64,000 nucleotides of DNA from NCBI RefSeq assembly GCF_009914755.1, contig NC_060926.1. The stretch is one strand, 5' to 3'. A program made the position numbers and the translations under genes. How positions within the stretch are numbered: the first letter of the stretch is position 1; each line of letters starts with the position of its first letter. The notes below the pieces were generated by a model. That model searched no databases and was not told where the DNA came from. It saw only the letters and a list, made by a program, of their open reading frames with translations. The stretch is from the human T2T-CHM13v2.0 reference genome, Homo sapiens. Below, piece by piece: positions 1-12,325 of the stretch.

Positions 1-1699
1 ACTTTTCACCTAAGGAGGCAAGAAGAGGCCTTGCTCTTGGGTGTGTTGGATGCTCACTCATGGCTGCTGCAGTCTTCTCTTCACCCTCTCCCTCCTGACT
101 GCAGATTCTATCTGGCGAGTGCTCAGCACCCAATTCCAGACAACACTTTAAGGGTGACCCCTCTTGCATTAAGGCAGCCCTTTCTGGGATTGTTCTTACA
201 TGTAGGGAGAATAGACTAATGGTCCCCAGCAGACTCCTCCATCCCCAGACATTCTTCCTCCACTTGATCTTCCTATGAACCTGGAAATCCCTTCTCAGAA
301 GACAACCTTTCCTAACCTGGATAGAATTCAGGGTAAGAATGAATACCCCAGAAGATGGAGACTGACTGTCTTGTTGGGGTAAGTGGCTAGCATTGCTTTG
401 TCTTTCAGAGCAGACATTTCTGCAGGGTACAGAAAGCATGAGGGCCCTGGAAGGCTGCAATTGTAGGATAGGACCCCTGAGAAGAGAGGAGAGGAAATGG
501 GGGGAGTTCGAGGTGCTTGGATGGGCTGGGCTGTCTGACCTATTTTACCCTAGGAGAAAGAAAGTAAAGATAGAGTCCATCAGGTGGGACATTTTGAGGT
601 GGGGCTGTCTCGTACCCCTTGGGAAAAGGAAAGCTCTTTGTCTGACCAGCCCTAACTGTTAAAGGTGATGAGTGATTCTTCAACTTGCAACAGAGATTCT
701 CTCTTTGTAAAAGGGTTGAGGGCTGAGTTTTCTTATAGAATAAATTTCAAATAGGATTTGATTCACCTACACAGAAAGTGATTTACCCTCATACCTTCAA
801 GAACACATCTGTTATGCAAAGCGAAATTGTAATTGGGCTTCAAAAGTAATCAAACAAAAATAAGGAGTTTTTTTTTCCTGTTAGAGAATAAGGTGTCCCT
901 GCCATACAAATAATGTTTGCTAATTCTGAAGGGTGTTGCTGTAGAGAAAGGGGAGAGAGAGAGAGACATGTATGTTTGTTGGTCTTCAACTTGAGGCACT
1001 CTATGTGGCCTTGAGTTTCAGGTGGTCTACTATGGCTAAAACTACAATGTGGAGTGACATACTGTAACTAAACTTGGAGGAAAACCGTATCCTTTGAGAC
1101 CAACACGTGCATCAGCACAGCTGCTCCTGACTGCAGCTGCAGAAGATAGACCCTCCCCCACATCCCCACAATTTCCTTGGCTAATTAGGAACATCTTCCC
1201 TGGATGGCCACCTCTCTCAGGAATTTGGACACAAGGGCACAGCTGAATGCCTCTGCCTTTACTGAATTCAGAATCTTATTTCTGAGGAAGTTGTACACTG
1301 AAGCATTAAAGGCAGACCTGACAAAATAAGGATCAAAATGTTGCCCATGAGTTTTTTTTTAATTGCTCTTTCCTTTGGAGCCTTGGTTGACCTTTATGTG
1401 TGAGGGGGTAGAAGTGTCCCCAGGAAATCTTAAAAACCTCAGAGGAAGCTGTTGACAGACTTCCAGAGAACTGGGTTTTTGTTTGTGTTCTGCAGGCAGA
1501 GAATAGCAGATGGACTTTGACGTACTCCAGACATATAAGCATAATCCTAAAAACGTAGGTTTCCTACTTTTAGGCAATGTTTCCTCTTTGGCAGCATTAC
1601 AACCCTGGGATAAAGAGTTTCATGGCACTATGGTGGGGTCCTGGTTCGATGGCAGTTTTTGAAACATTATAAAGAGCAGTCACCTGGAGGCAGAAGCTC

Positions 1700-1815
1700 T
1701 GTTTGTCAGGCAAGTCACCCAAGTGTCATCCATGGTTTTCTCATTTGTAAGTTGGGATAATGAAAAAGCTCTACATACACCCCTGAGCTGTTGTGAAGAT
1801 TGGATGGGCTGCTGG
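1700..1815 (+). mobile_element. MIR SINE fragment
   Basis: Degenerate MIR core (ggcaagtcac...ttttctcatttgtaagttgggataatg...tgttgtgaagatt); boundaries approximate. Confidence 0.6.
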
Positions 1816-3619
1816 AGAAACGTGAAACGCTTCGTAATCAAATAGAAGGCTGCAATTGCAGGAGCAGGGTAGGGTGGAGGGGATGCAGCCATGCAGGGTG
1901 AGATCTGAGGGAAGAGAGAAGAGGAGTAGAGGAACACATGAATTAATTCGAGAGAGAGACATTTTCTCAGTCTCCACAGAGATACACGATCTTCACTTGG
2001 AGACCTGAGCCCTGCTTCTATTCCATCTCAGAGGATTCTAGTCCAATAGGAATAAAAGGTCACTGCTGAGATGACCTAGTGTATTAATCTCCTTAGAATT
2101 CTCTGAGCACATGACCAGAGGAAACATCCAAAAATGGGTAAGGCCCTGCTGCATTGACCCAGAGGTCAGCTGAAGCCTCCACATCCCTGAAATTCCTGCT
2201 GTCCAGTTTATTCTGTGGTGCTGGAGCAGCGGTTGCTGGTGCATCCACAGTGAGAGCAGCAGAAGTGGGACCTACTATATGGAGCACAGAAAGGGAAAGA
2301 TGGGTAACATTGAAGGTGGCTAGTCTTTCCATAGGCACTTACCCTGAAATGAAATCATAAAAGCTGATGACTCCTGGGCAGCCTGGGCCCAGAATCCTAG
2401 TCTTTAGTGTTAAACTGGCTTAGCCAGGACTGAGGAGCATAACCACCAGCCACTCGTGGACCACTTAAACAGAGGCTGTGGAGCCTCCAAAACCCAAGGT
2501 GGGACCATTAGTATTTTGGAGATCCCTAAAATCACTGAGCTGAGTATCTGGTTAATGGAGGTGCTCAGCCTCAGTCCTTTTCTTTTTCCCATCCCCCACC
2601 ACTCCAAGAAGAATCCAGGATTCTGGTCCAGTCAGCTCCCCGACAGAGGTCAGAGCTGGAGCTCTCCAAGGTGCTGATGGCCAGGCCAACTCCCCCAGAG
2701 GGCACATTACAAGGCAATTATGCCTTGAAGCCCACCCAGGCTACCTGGGGACCTTTCTTTGTCTCCCTTCTTGTGACAAAGAGGACACTCTGATAGGCTT
2801 GAGTGAAAGAAGAGGCTGTTTAGGCATTACGGGTTGGTATAAGAAGACTGACCAAAGCTTCTGAGCAGACCTGAGAATGTAAGGATCATGCCCCGAAATG
2901 ATGCCTGGAGGAGCCTGGCTTGGGAAAAGCCTTGGAAGTAGCTACCCTATGGCCAGCTATGTCCACAGAGGAACATTCTCATCACCTGCGAGAAGTAGAA
3001 AAATGATGCTTCTGGCAAGACTCTAAACCCAGGCAGAGGGTGGTGGGTACTTAGGGCATCCTCTCGATAGACTATAGACATGACCAGTGAAACCAGCTGG
3101 AGGTTGTTTGAGCAGTTCAAGCCAGAGACGAGCACTGAATTAGGGACAGTGACCTTATCACTTGGAGAATCCTAAGAACCCATCCTAGCAGGTCTTAATG
3201 ATCATGGGATGTGGCAGTGGGAGGGAGAGAGAGAAGTGATCTTTTACCCTCAAGTTAATGGCTTAGGAAACTGGACAGATGATAATACCGTTCAGCAGGA
3301 GAAGTAGCATGTTTGGGAGCGGAATGATAAATGCAATTTACAACTGTTGAGTGTGAGGTGCCAGTGGTACTTCCAGATGGATTGTCCAATAGGAGTTGAG
3401 TATTCAGTTATGGAGCTCAGCAGAGAGGCCTGGGCTAGTGTTATATACTTGGGAATCATCAGCAAAGAGGATATGGTTTAAGTGATAGGAGAGAGATCAA
3501 GCAGGTAAAATGTGTTGAGTGAAAGGAGATGAGGGTGGAGAACAGGATTGTGATGGGATGTCTCTATTTGCTGGGTGTCGTGAGGTTCTCAGACTGTCAC
3601 AGGGCTGTCATCATCTGCT

Positions 3620-4098
3620 CACTGACCACTTTGCCAACCTCACACCATTCCAATCATTTCCTTTTCACTCTCCTCTGGCCACAGAGACCTTTCTTTCCGA
3701 ACACATCAAGCTCGTTCCTACCTCAGGGCCTTTGCATTTGTTATTTCCTCTGCCAGGAAAGCTTTTACTGCACTGCTTCCCGTAGCTGGGTCTTTCTCAT
3801 TATTCATGTATCAGCTCAAATAAAACCTCCCTGAAAAACTTATTTATGTAGTATTCATGCTTCTAAGTCCCTCTCTACCTCAGCAAACCTGCTTTATTTA
3901 CTCTGTAGCACCTATTATTATTGAAAGATTATATTCTATAATTGTGTACTTCTTACCATCAGTTTTCCCCAACAAAGGTATAAGCCTCCAGAGGGTAAGG
4001 ATCTCATTTATCTTATTTACTATTACATCCTCACTTTCTTGAACAGTGCCTGCTACATCATAGCTACTTAATAAATAGTTGTTGAATGAATGAAAGAA
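3620..4098 (+). mobile_element. L2 LINE 3' fragment
   Basis: cctcagggcctttgcat..., cagctcaaat..., acagtgcctg...aataaatagttgttgaatgaatgaa, the typical L2 3' terminus. Confidence 0.7.
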
Positions 4099-4137
4099 TT
4101 GTATTATAGGGGAAATTAAAACCAGAGAACTGTGAGA

Positions 4138-4430
4138 TTCAGTTCAATAAATACTTATAGAGCACCTATTCTGTGTCATGAATTGGAGTACATGACAGAG
4201 GCACAAATAAATAAACATGATCTCTATAACTTTGGAATTTATAATCCCAAGGGGGAGATAGAAATATGAATACATACTTTGGAAAAGAGACATTCTACTA
4301 CAGAAATAAATGCCAGAAGCTATCAGAATTTAGAAAAGAGGTACTTTGTAGAACCTGGAGGTCATGGAAGGCTTCCTGTAGGAAGCTGAGCCTTGGGTGA
4401 AGAGCCAGAGTTAGCCAGGTGGACAGGTAT
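4138..4430 (-). mobile_element. L2 LINE 3' fragment, opposite orientation
   Basis: ttcaataaatacttatagagcacctattctgtg...ggaaggcttcctgtaggaag resembles the reverse complement of the L2 3' end. Confidence 0.55.
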
Positions 4431-4746
4431 GAAGGGGTAATAAAGAAAAATCAAGTGAGGGAAGTTACAGAGAAGATGAAAAGATGATGAGTCAAGAGTA
4501 CTGTGATATCTTTGAAAAGGAGGAGGGGGCCATTTTCCTTGGAGATTAAAGAGAGGAAGATTAAAAGGAAGGTAAATATTGATACATTTGTAGGTATGTA
4601 TGAAGAGGAAAATGTTGGTGTGGTTCTCTCCTGGTAGTCAGGATTCTGTGGGCATGAAAGTCACCTCAACACCCATTTGTCCATGAATTCCAGGGCCAGT
4701 CAGAGGAACTCAGATTTGGGCTCAACAGAACAAAGAACATCCATAG

Positions 4747-7009
4747 TATATTAGTCCATTCTCGTGCTGATATGAAGGAATACCCAGGACTGGGTAATTC
4801 ATAAAGAAAAGAGGTTTAATTGACTCACAGTTTTGCATGGCTTGGGAGGCTTCAGGAAACTTACAATCATGGTTGAAGGCACCTCTTCATAGGGTGGCAG
4901 GAGAGAGAGAGCGCCAGCAGAGGAAATGCCAGACACTTATAAAACCACCAGACCTCATGCGAATGCACTCATTATCATAAGAACAGCGTGGGGGAACCAC
5001 CCCTATGATTTAATTACCACCCACCAGGTCTCTCTCTCTCAACACATGGGTATTATGAGAATTACAATTCAAGATGAGATTTGGGTGGGGACACAGCCAA
5101 ACCATATCATTCCACCTCTGGCCCCTCCCAAATCTCATGTCCTCACATTTCAAAACACAGTCATGCCTTCTCAACATTCTCCCAAAGTCTTAACTCATTC
5201 CAGCATTAACCCAAAAGTCAAAGTCCAAAGTTTCATCTGAGACAAAGCAAGTCCCTTCTGCCTATGAGCCTGTAAAATCAAAGCAAGTTAGTTACTTCCT
5301 AGATACCATGGGGGTACAGAAATTGGGTAAATACATCCATTCCAAATGGAAGAAATTGGCTAAAATGAAGGGGCTGCAGACCCCATGTAAGTCTGAAATC
5401 CAATAGGGCAGTCATTAAACCTTAAAGTTCCAAAATGATCTCCTTTGATTCCATGTCTCACATAATACAAGTCTCACATGATGCAAGAGGATGGTTCCCA
5501 TGGCTTTGGGTGGCTCCACTCCTGTGGCTTTGCAGGATACAGCCCCCCTCCTGGCTGCTCTCAAGGCTGGCATTTGGTGTCTGTGGCTTTTCTAGGCATA
5601 CAGTGCAAGCTGTCAGTGGATCTACCATTCTGGGGTCTGGAGGTTGGTGGTCCTCTTCTCACAGCTCCACTAGGCAGTACCCCTGAGGGGACTCTGTCTG
5701 GGGGCTCCAACCCCACATTTTCCTTTTGCTCTGCCGTAGCAGAGGTTCTCCATGAGGGCTACACCCCTGCAGCAGATTTCTGCCTGGACATCCAGACATT
5801 TACATACAGCCTCTGAAATCTAGGCAGAGATTCCCCAACCTCAATTTTTGTCTTCTGTGCATCTGCAGGACCAACACCAAGTGGAAGCTGCCAAGGCTTG
5901 GGGCTTGCAGCCTCTAAAGCAATGGCCTGAGCTGTACCTTGGCCCCTTTTAGCCATGGCTGTAGCATCTGGGACACAGGGCACCAAGTCTCGAGGTTGCA
6001 CACAGTTGGGCCCCTGGACCTGGCCCAGGAAACCATTTTTCCCTCCTAGGCCTCTGGGCCTGTGATGGGAGGTGCTGCCGTGAAGATCTCTGACATGCCC
6101 TGGAGATGTTTTCCCAATTTTCTTGGTGATTAGCATTTGGCTCCTCATTACTTATGCAAATTTCTGTGGCAGGCTTGAATTTCTCCCCAGAAAATGGATT
6201 TTTCTTTTCTACTGCATTCTCAGACTCCAAATTTTCTAAACTTTTATGCTCTGTCACCTCTTGAATCCTTGCTGCTTAGAAATTTCTCCCACCAGATACC
6301 CTAAATGATCTGTCTCAAGTTCAAATTTCTACAGATCTCTAGGGAAGGGGCAAAATGCCACCAGTCTCTTTGCTAAAGCATAGCAAGAATAATCTTTACT
6401 CCAGTTTCCAACAAGTTTCTCATCTCCATCTGAGACCACCTCAGCCTGAACTTCATTGTCCATATCACTATCAACATTTTGGTAAAAGCCATTCAACAAG
6501 TATCTAGGAAGTTCCTAACTTTCCTACATTTTCCTATCTTCTGAGCCCTCCAAACTGTTCCAACCTCTGCCTGTTACCCAGTTCCAAAGTTGCTTTCACA
6601 TTTTTGGGTACCCTTATATCAGTGCCCCACTCCTGGTATCAATTTACTGTTTTAGTTTGTTCTCATGTTGCTATGAGGAAATATCTGAGCCTGGGTAATT
6701 TGTAAAGAAAAGAGGTTTAATTGACTCACAGTTCTGCATGGCTGGTGAGGCCTCAGGAAACTGACAATCATGGTGGAGGGCACCTTTTCACAGGGTGGCA
6801 GGAAAGAGAAAGTGCCAGCAGGGGAAATGCCGGATGCTTATAAAACCATCAGATCTCATGAGAACTCACTCGCTATCACAAGAACAGCATGTGGGAAACC
6901 ACCTCCACGATTCAATTACTTCCCAGAGGGTCCCTCCCACAACATTTGGGGATTATGGGGATTACAAATCAAGACGAAATTTGGGTGGGGGCACAGGCAA
7001 AGCATATCA
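4747..7009 (-). mobile_element. Full-length THE1C/THE1D (ERVL-MaLR) provirus: 3' LTR 4747-5109, internal region 5110-6647, 5' LTR 6648-7009
   Basis: Two ~360-bp direct repeats both ending ...tttgggtgggg...catatca flank ~1.54 kb of THE1-int-like sequence; polypurine tract on the minus strand next to the left LTR (5110-5130) makes that the 3' LTR. Confidence 0.92.
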
Positions 7010-7092
7010 CATGATAAGAGCTGCCCCAAAATGGAAAGTGCTGCCTCTGGAGTCAGTGAGCTCCTCATCCCTTGCTGTGTCTGAGCAGGACC
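7010..7092 (+). mobile_element. L3/CR1 LINE fragment, continuing ~4705-4746 across the THE1 insertion
   Basis: agatttgggctcaacagaacaaagaac / agagctgccccaaaatggaaagtgctgcctctggagtcagtgagctcctcatc resemble contiguous L3 3' consensus. Confidence 0.5.
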
Positions 7093-7121
7093 ATTGCAGG
7101 ACTTGGACTTTGGATTGGGCA

Positions 7122-7616
7122 TTGTAGTCTACTGCCTTTTGGTCCTTCCTCCACATTATGGAGGGTAATTTGCTTTACTCAAAGTCTATTGATTTAAATG
7201 TTTGCTTTCTTTCAAAACAGGGTGTTGCTCTGTCACCCAGGTGGAGTGCAGTGGCATGATCTTGGCTTACTGTAACCTCTGCCTCCCAGGCTCAAGCAAT
7301 CCTCCCACTTGAGCCTCCTGAATAGCTGGGACCACAGGTGTGTGCCACAATGTCTGGCTAGGTTTTGTATTTTTTGTAGAGACGGGGATCTTGCTATATT
7401 TCCCAGGGTGGTCTCCAACTCCTGAACTCAAGCAATCTACCCACCTCTGCCTTCCAAAGCGCTAGGATTATAGATGTGGGCCACTGTGCCTGGTCTACTG
7501 ATTTACAAGTTAATCACATCTAAAAAAACCTTCATAATCACATCTAGACTAGAGTTTGACCAAATATCTGTATACTGTGGCCCAGCCAAGTTGACACATA
7601 AAATTAACCATCCACA
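7122..7616 (-). mobile_element. MLT2 (ERVL) LTR fragment interrupted by an AluJ
   Basis: cacattatggagggtaatttgctttactcaaagtct ... ccagccaagttgacacataaaattaaccat is a characteristic MLT2 terminus. Confidence 0.75.
7203..7495 (-). mobile_element. AluJ
   Basis: Reverse Alu dimer with J-type gctcaagcaatcctccc; degenerate TSD tattgatttaaatgtt (7187-7202) / tactgatttacaagtt (7496-7511). Confidence 0.92.
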
Positions 7617-9520
7617 GGTGGGACACCTGCTGTGAGCCTGTTCACACCCATGTCAGCTGGGGATAAATAACTTCCCAGGTTCTTTAAGGGCCAAGATGTC
7701 CCTCCTTCTCACTCTGCTCACCACAGACATGCACTCGGGGATGGAAGAACAGGGAATGTTGGTGCCCTTCTCAGGAATTTGCCCACATTCCTATCCAATC
7801 ATATTTGCTCCTTCCAACCTGTTCCTTCCAGATTCTCCCATCCAAATCTCACTTCAAACTCCTTTCCCCTGACATTGCATTTTGGACACTCTTCATTCTC
7901 TCCCTGGGAATTCTCCTTCACATTTGATGCCAGTATGGAACACATTGCCCCTTTCAGCAGATAATGGATTCTTCAGCTCCCACACTGTCCTTCATAGGTA
8001 TAGGAAAGTTATGATACAGAAAAATTCTCGTTTCCATTTTGAAGTTGGAAAATTTCCAATGGAAAGGAATTACGTTACTTGCCCCCAAAATCTTTCAAAG
8101 CAAGTCTCGTGCTGCCAACAGTGGGGTTTTCTGCATAGCCACACTGTTCCCCATCTGTGTCAGAATCCTCAGTGCATTTTTCAAGCTTAGTGCCCCAGAC
8201 ATCTCCAGCCTAATAAGAATAAGGTGCCCTGGGCTGGTTCCCAGCCAGGGAGGGAGTGAGCAGACACACATTCCTTTGAAGCCTGTTTCACATTCTGGAA
8301 TGCTTTACTGGAAACCACACAATCTCAGGAGGGATTCATCACCTCGCGGTGCTGCCTTTGGACTAGGTCAGGACAGGGGCCCTGAACGGCTGAATGAGAC
8401 AGTGTCTGCCCTGATTAGTGGCTTCCTGTGTGGTGGCTGCAGGAGTTATTCAAACCTAGCCTGGGCAGATCTGGCTGAAATTCAGAGTAAATTCCCCACC
8501 TTATCTCCTCTCTCCCCATCCCTCCTCTTTCCTCATCTCATAGTTAGATCCTACATATGCATGGCTAAGAGTTGCTCACAGAGGGTGAGGATTCGGTTTT
8601 TAGAAATCTGGACAGAAGCCTCAGGGCCAGAAGCACAAGCAGAGAAAATCGTCTCTGGGCTTGGACTTGGAGACATTCTCCTGCCCAGCAACTGGAGACA
8701 GAGTTTGCACATTGAGGTGGAGGTGTCCCAGGCAGGCAGCTGTGGGGATAGTCATTGTGAGCTCTGGTTGTGAAGTCAAGTGCCTTGAGACCATGTGCTG
8801 ATTCTGCAGTTCCCTTCCTGATGACCTCAGGCAAGTCACACAGTCAGAGAATAGTGATTGCCAGATGTCCCCATGGGAATCTTTCTACTTCTCCTACTTT
8901 AGAATTAGGGAACCTCCAGGACGCCACAGGACTGACTTAAGGTCTCAGAGTGAGGTGGCGTCAGAGGCAAAACTAAAAGTAAACTATCCCAACCTATATA
9001 TTTCCCAATCATTGCCTCCATTCCTCCTTAATTTCTCTAGACTTCAGATTTTTTCCACTGCCAAATGAGGCCAGTAATATCTCCCTCTAAGGACCCCTGT
9101 AAAAATCAAATGCAATCATAAAAGCTCTAAAAAGGGGACAATGTTGGGTTCTCAGCAGCCTCTTGGAGCCTTAGTGGCACCTACTTACATGTCCTCACCT
9201 GGGAGCAGCTGTAGGTTGCTGTCCCATATTTGATCTGTGGGTGTGAATTGCAGGTTTGGGGATGCCAGGGTTGATGCCCAGCTGGTGCTCAGGATTATGT
9301 CTGTAACAGTTGTTAAAAACTGCAACACTTGCCACTCCAAACTCTCTGAGTGCCCTTCTGCCACTTTGGCCCCTCCCCCAGAAATTGTTGGACCTTCTCA
9401 CAATCCAGAGATTAAAGGAGAAATATCTGAGATAGCAGGAGGTCTCTAAGGACCGTGCTCCAAGCCCATTGCCCCTCAGGATGGTCAGTGCCCCATCATA
9501 TAATATATTTTGAATATCCC

Positions 9521-10010
9521 TGTTTTGGTTCTCTTTTTATGCAATAAACTGCCCTGAAACTTATTATTTATTATTTGTGATTATCTTTCAAAGGTCTGTG
9601 GGTTGGCCAGTCTCACCTGGCTGGCTCCCCATAGGGATCCCTTATGTGATTGCAGTCAGATGGTGATTGGAACTGCAGTTATCTGAAGGCTCAACTGAGC
9701 TGGACATCTGAGAGCTTGTTTATGCAGCTGGCTGTTTGTGGTGGCTGTCAGTGGGAGCTCAGTGGGGCTGTCAACTGGAACATCTATGCTTGGTCTCTCC
9801 AAGTAGCTTTGGCTTCTCACAGCAGGGTGCCTGATTTTCCAGAGAGAGAGAGCATCCCAAGAACCAGCATGCCAAAGGCAGGAAGCAGAACTGGTCCTCT
9901 GTTATTTCCACTGTGCTCTGCTTGTCAAAGTGGTCAAGAGCCCTCCTAGATTCAAGGGCGTGGGAGAGTGCCAAGGTCACATTGTAGAAGAGCATATCAA
10001 GAGGGAGATA
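9521..10010 (-). mobile_element. Old MLT1-family MaLR solo LTR
   Basis: ctgtgggttggccag...tgcagtcagatgg...atctgaaggctcaactgagctggacatc...tagattcaagg pattern; subfamily uncertain. Confidence 0.65.
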
Positions 10011-12104
10011 CTCATTTTTGGATAATCTGTCACTGCTGGAAAACCTCAGCAGACTGGAAATCAGGCTGTCGGAAGTCCCCTCCCTTTCCTTCCCAGGCAG
10101 GCCTTCATCAGTTAGGGTATGAGAGTCTCCTTCCTTCCCTGAAGCTCCCTACCCTTCCTTTTTACCTCTCTATTCAAGAAAAGAGCTGCCAGCAGTTTTT
10201 CACACTCTTAGACCAAAGGCCTCCACAGACACTTTGGCCAGATTTGCATCAACTACCACATGGCATACCATTTCCTGGCCAGAACAGAGGGTGACATGAA
10301 GCTCAGAGGTGTGAAGGAGACCAGCGTGGAATTTCTTTTCCTGTATGTATGTTGGGGAGAGGGGGAGTGTGGCAGGAGGCATTGCTGTCAGAGGTTTTTG
10401 GGCAAACTTTGGTTCCTGCCAGAGAAGTGGGTCTGAGATGATGATGAAATACAGTGTGTCATGAAATAGTTACCTGAAAGGACTTCACATTCCCTAAGCA
10501 AGTCAAAGCTCCATATCTTTGTAATTAAATACTCACTCCTACCTGCAGGTTCCTGCCCACCTAAGTTGCATTCTGAGAGGTGCCTAGCCAGCTCCTATTG
10601 CTGCTCAGAAAGGCTGTACCCTCACGTTCCATGAGCCAGCGCAGGGATTGGGGTCATCGTCAACCATCATTAATATCTATAGCTATTACACTGGCCTCAT
10701 TCTCCCCTTCCAGTGTAAAGTATGGATGCATCTACAATCCATGTCCCTGCCATGCACTCCCTAGCACCTCTCCTTGTCGAACTCTTGCCAAGCTATCTTA
10801 GGGAAAATAATTTGCATGCCCTTCTGTTCAACGCAGGAAAAACGAAGTGACTTTTTCACTCTCTCCATTCAACCAACCCCCAGTGTGCTTTGTAACTGAG
10901 GGAAAATCTGTTATTCATAAAGAGAAACAAAGGATGATAAATTATATGACCTTGTAAAATATATTAACATGAATCCACACTTTCTTCTGGATAATTGAAT
11001 TTAGGGTGACACCAGGCAGAATCTGCTGCTTCTGCAGGAATGCCAGTCTCCCTCTCTTGTTTTTCATTCTTTTAGTGTGATCTCACAAAGGTCTGGCTAA
11101 GTCCAAGGGCCTCCATTGTCTCCAGGCCAGTACATGTTATAATCTTGTCCACAATTTCATTGCTCAGTCTGAGTTAGGAGCTTCATTAAAATGATATGTC
11201 TTCCTCAGAGTTGTAAATGACAAGTGACCTTCTAACAAAATGTGGCCTCATTAGATGACAGGAAGAATTAAATGTCACGATGCAGGATGGCAAGGTTTTG
11301 GTATTTATGAAGGTCAAATCAAGGGTGAGTAATATAACAGAGTATTCCGTTTAAAGTCAGACTAGTGTTCCTGGGAAACATTGCTGCTGCTGCTGCTCTT
11401 TGGTACTGTAAGAAATGGGTTTTCTGTAGGCTTTGCTTGTAGTGTAAGTTTGTGGGCTGTTTATGCTTTGCATGAAACAACAACCATATTTTAATTATAA
11501 CTGGATGACTGGTTGGGGAAAACAAGCTGGAAAATGTCCAGAAATAACTCATTTCTGCCAATGGTTTTAATCTTCTACTCTAACCAATTATTCATTGGTG
11601 AATCGGCATTTTGCCAAAGAAGAGGCTTCAGGAGACAGGCTGCTTTGCTCCTCTGAGAATCCCAGTGATTTGGCTCTGTTGAACATCCTGTCTTTGCAGA
11701 TCTTGTCTTTATCTTTTCAAGTAATAGAATGAGTCTGGTTTTTAAAGCTAAGCTCAGTGCAATTCACTGCATTGGGGCTACTCAGTGGAATGATGAAAGG
11801 ATTTGGGGTTTACAGGAATTGGCATTCTGATTGACCTGATCCTAAGATCTGGAGGCTGTTGAAGCAAGAAGCAAGGTAGAATTGCAGAGATGAAGAATGC
11901 TGAGACTCACAGGGGTGGTCCATTTCAGGTGGAAGGAGTTTATCTTCTTAAGCCTCCATCTTCTTGGGGACCCAGGAACAGGACCGCCATATAGGATTGT
12001 GTAGGTTATACACAAGTGCACCCAGTCAAAGGGATGAGCTGTGGACAAGTTTTCGCCTGTGTTCCATTTGCTAAGCCCTGGGCCTAGGCTGCACCTATCC
12101 AGAG

Positions 12105-12325
12105 CTGGGCTTGGCAAACTGTGACCCATGAGTCAAATCAGGACCACCACCTGGTTTTGTAAATAAATAATATTTTGGAACTCAGGCCCATTTATTGATG
12201 TGTTGTCTATGGCAGCTTTTGTGCTACAGTGGCACAGCTGACTAGTTGTGAAAGAGACCTTATAGTCCCCAAGGTCTAAAGTATTTACTATCTGACCCTT
12301 AACAGAAAAAGTTTGCAGATAACTG
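12105..12325 (-). mobile_element. MER58A (hAT-Charlie MITE)
   Basis: TIR-like ends ctgggcttggcaaact / agtttgcagataactg; internal aagtatttactatctgaccctt; 8-bp TSD-like atccagag / atctacag. Confidence 0.85.

Noticed and set aside
4926-7127. Cluster of 80-130 aa ORFs
   Set aside because: All lie within the THE1 LTRs and internal region, whose coding capacity is decayed
8039-8773. 244-aa ORF in unique sequence
   Set aside because: TTG start, no recognisable domain, composition like random human DNA and no supporting exon structure
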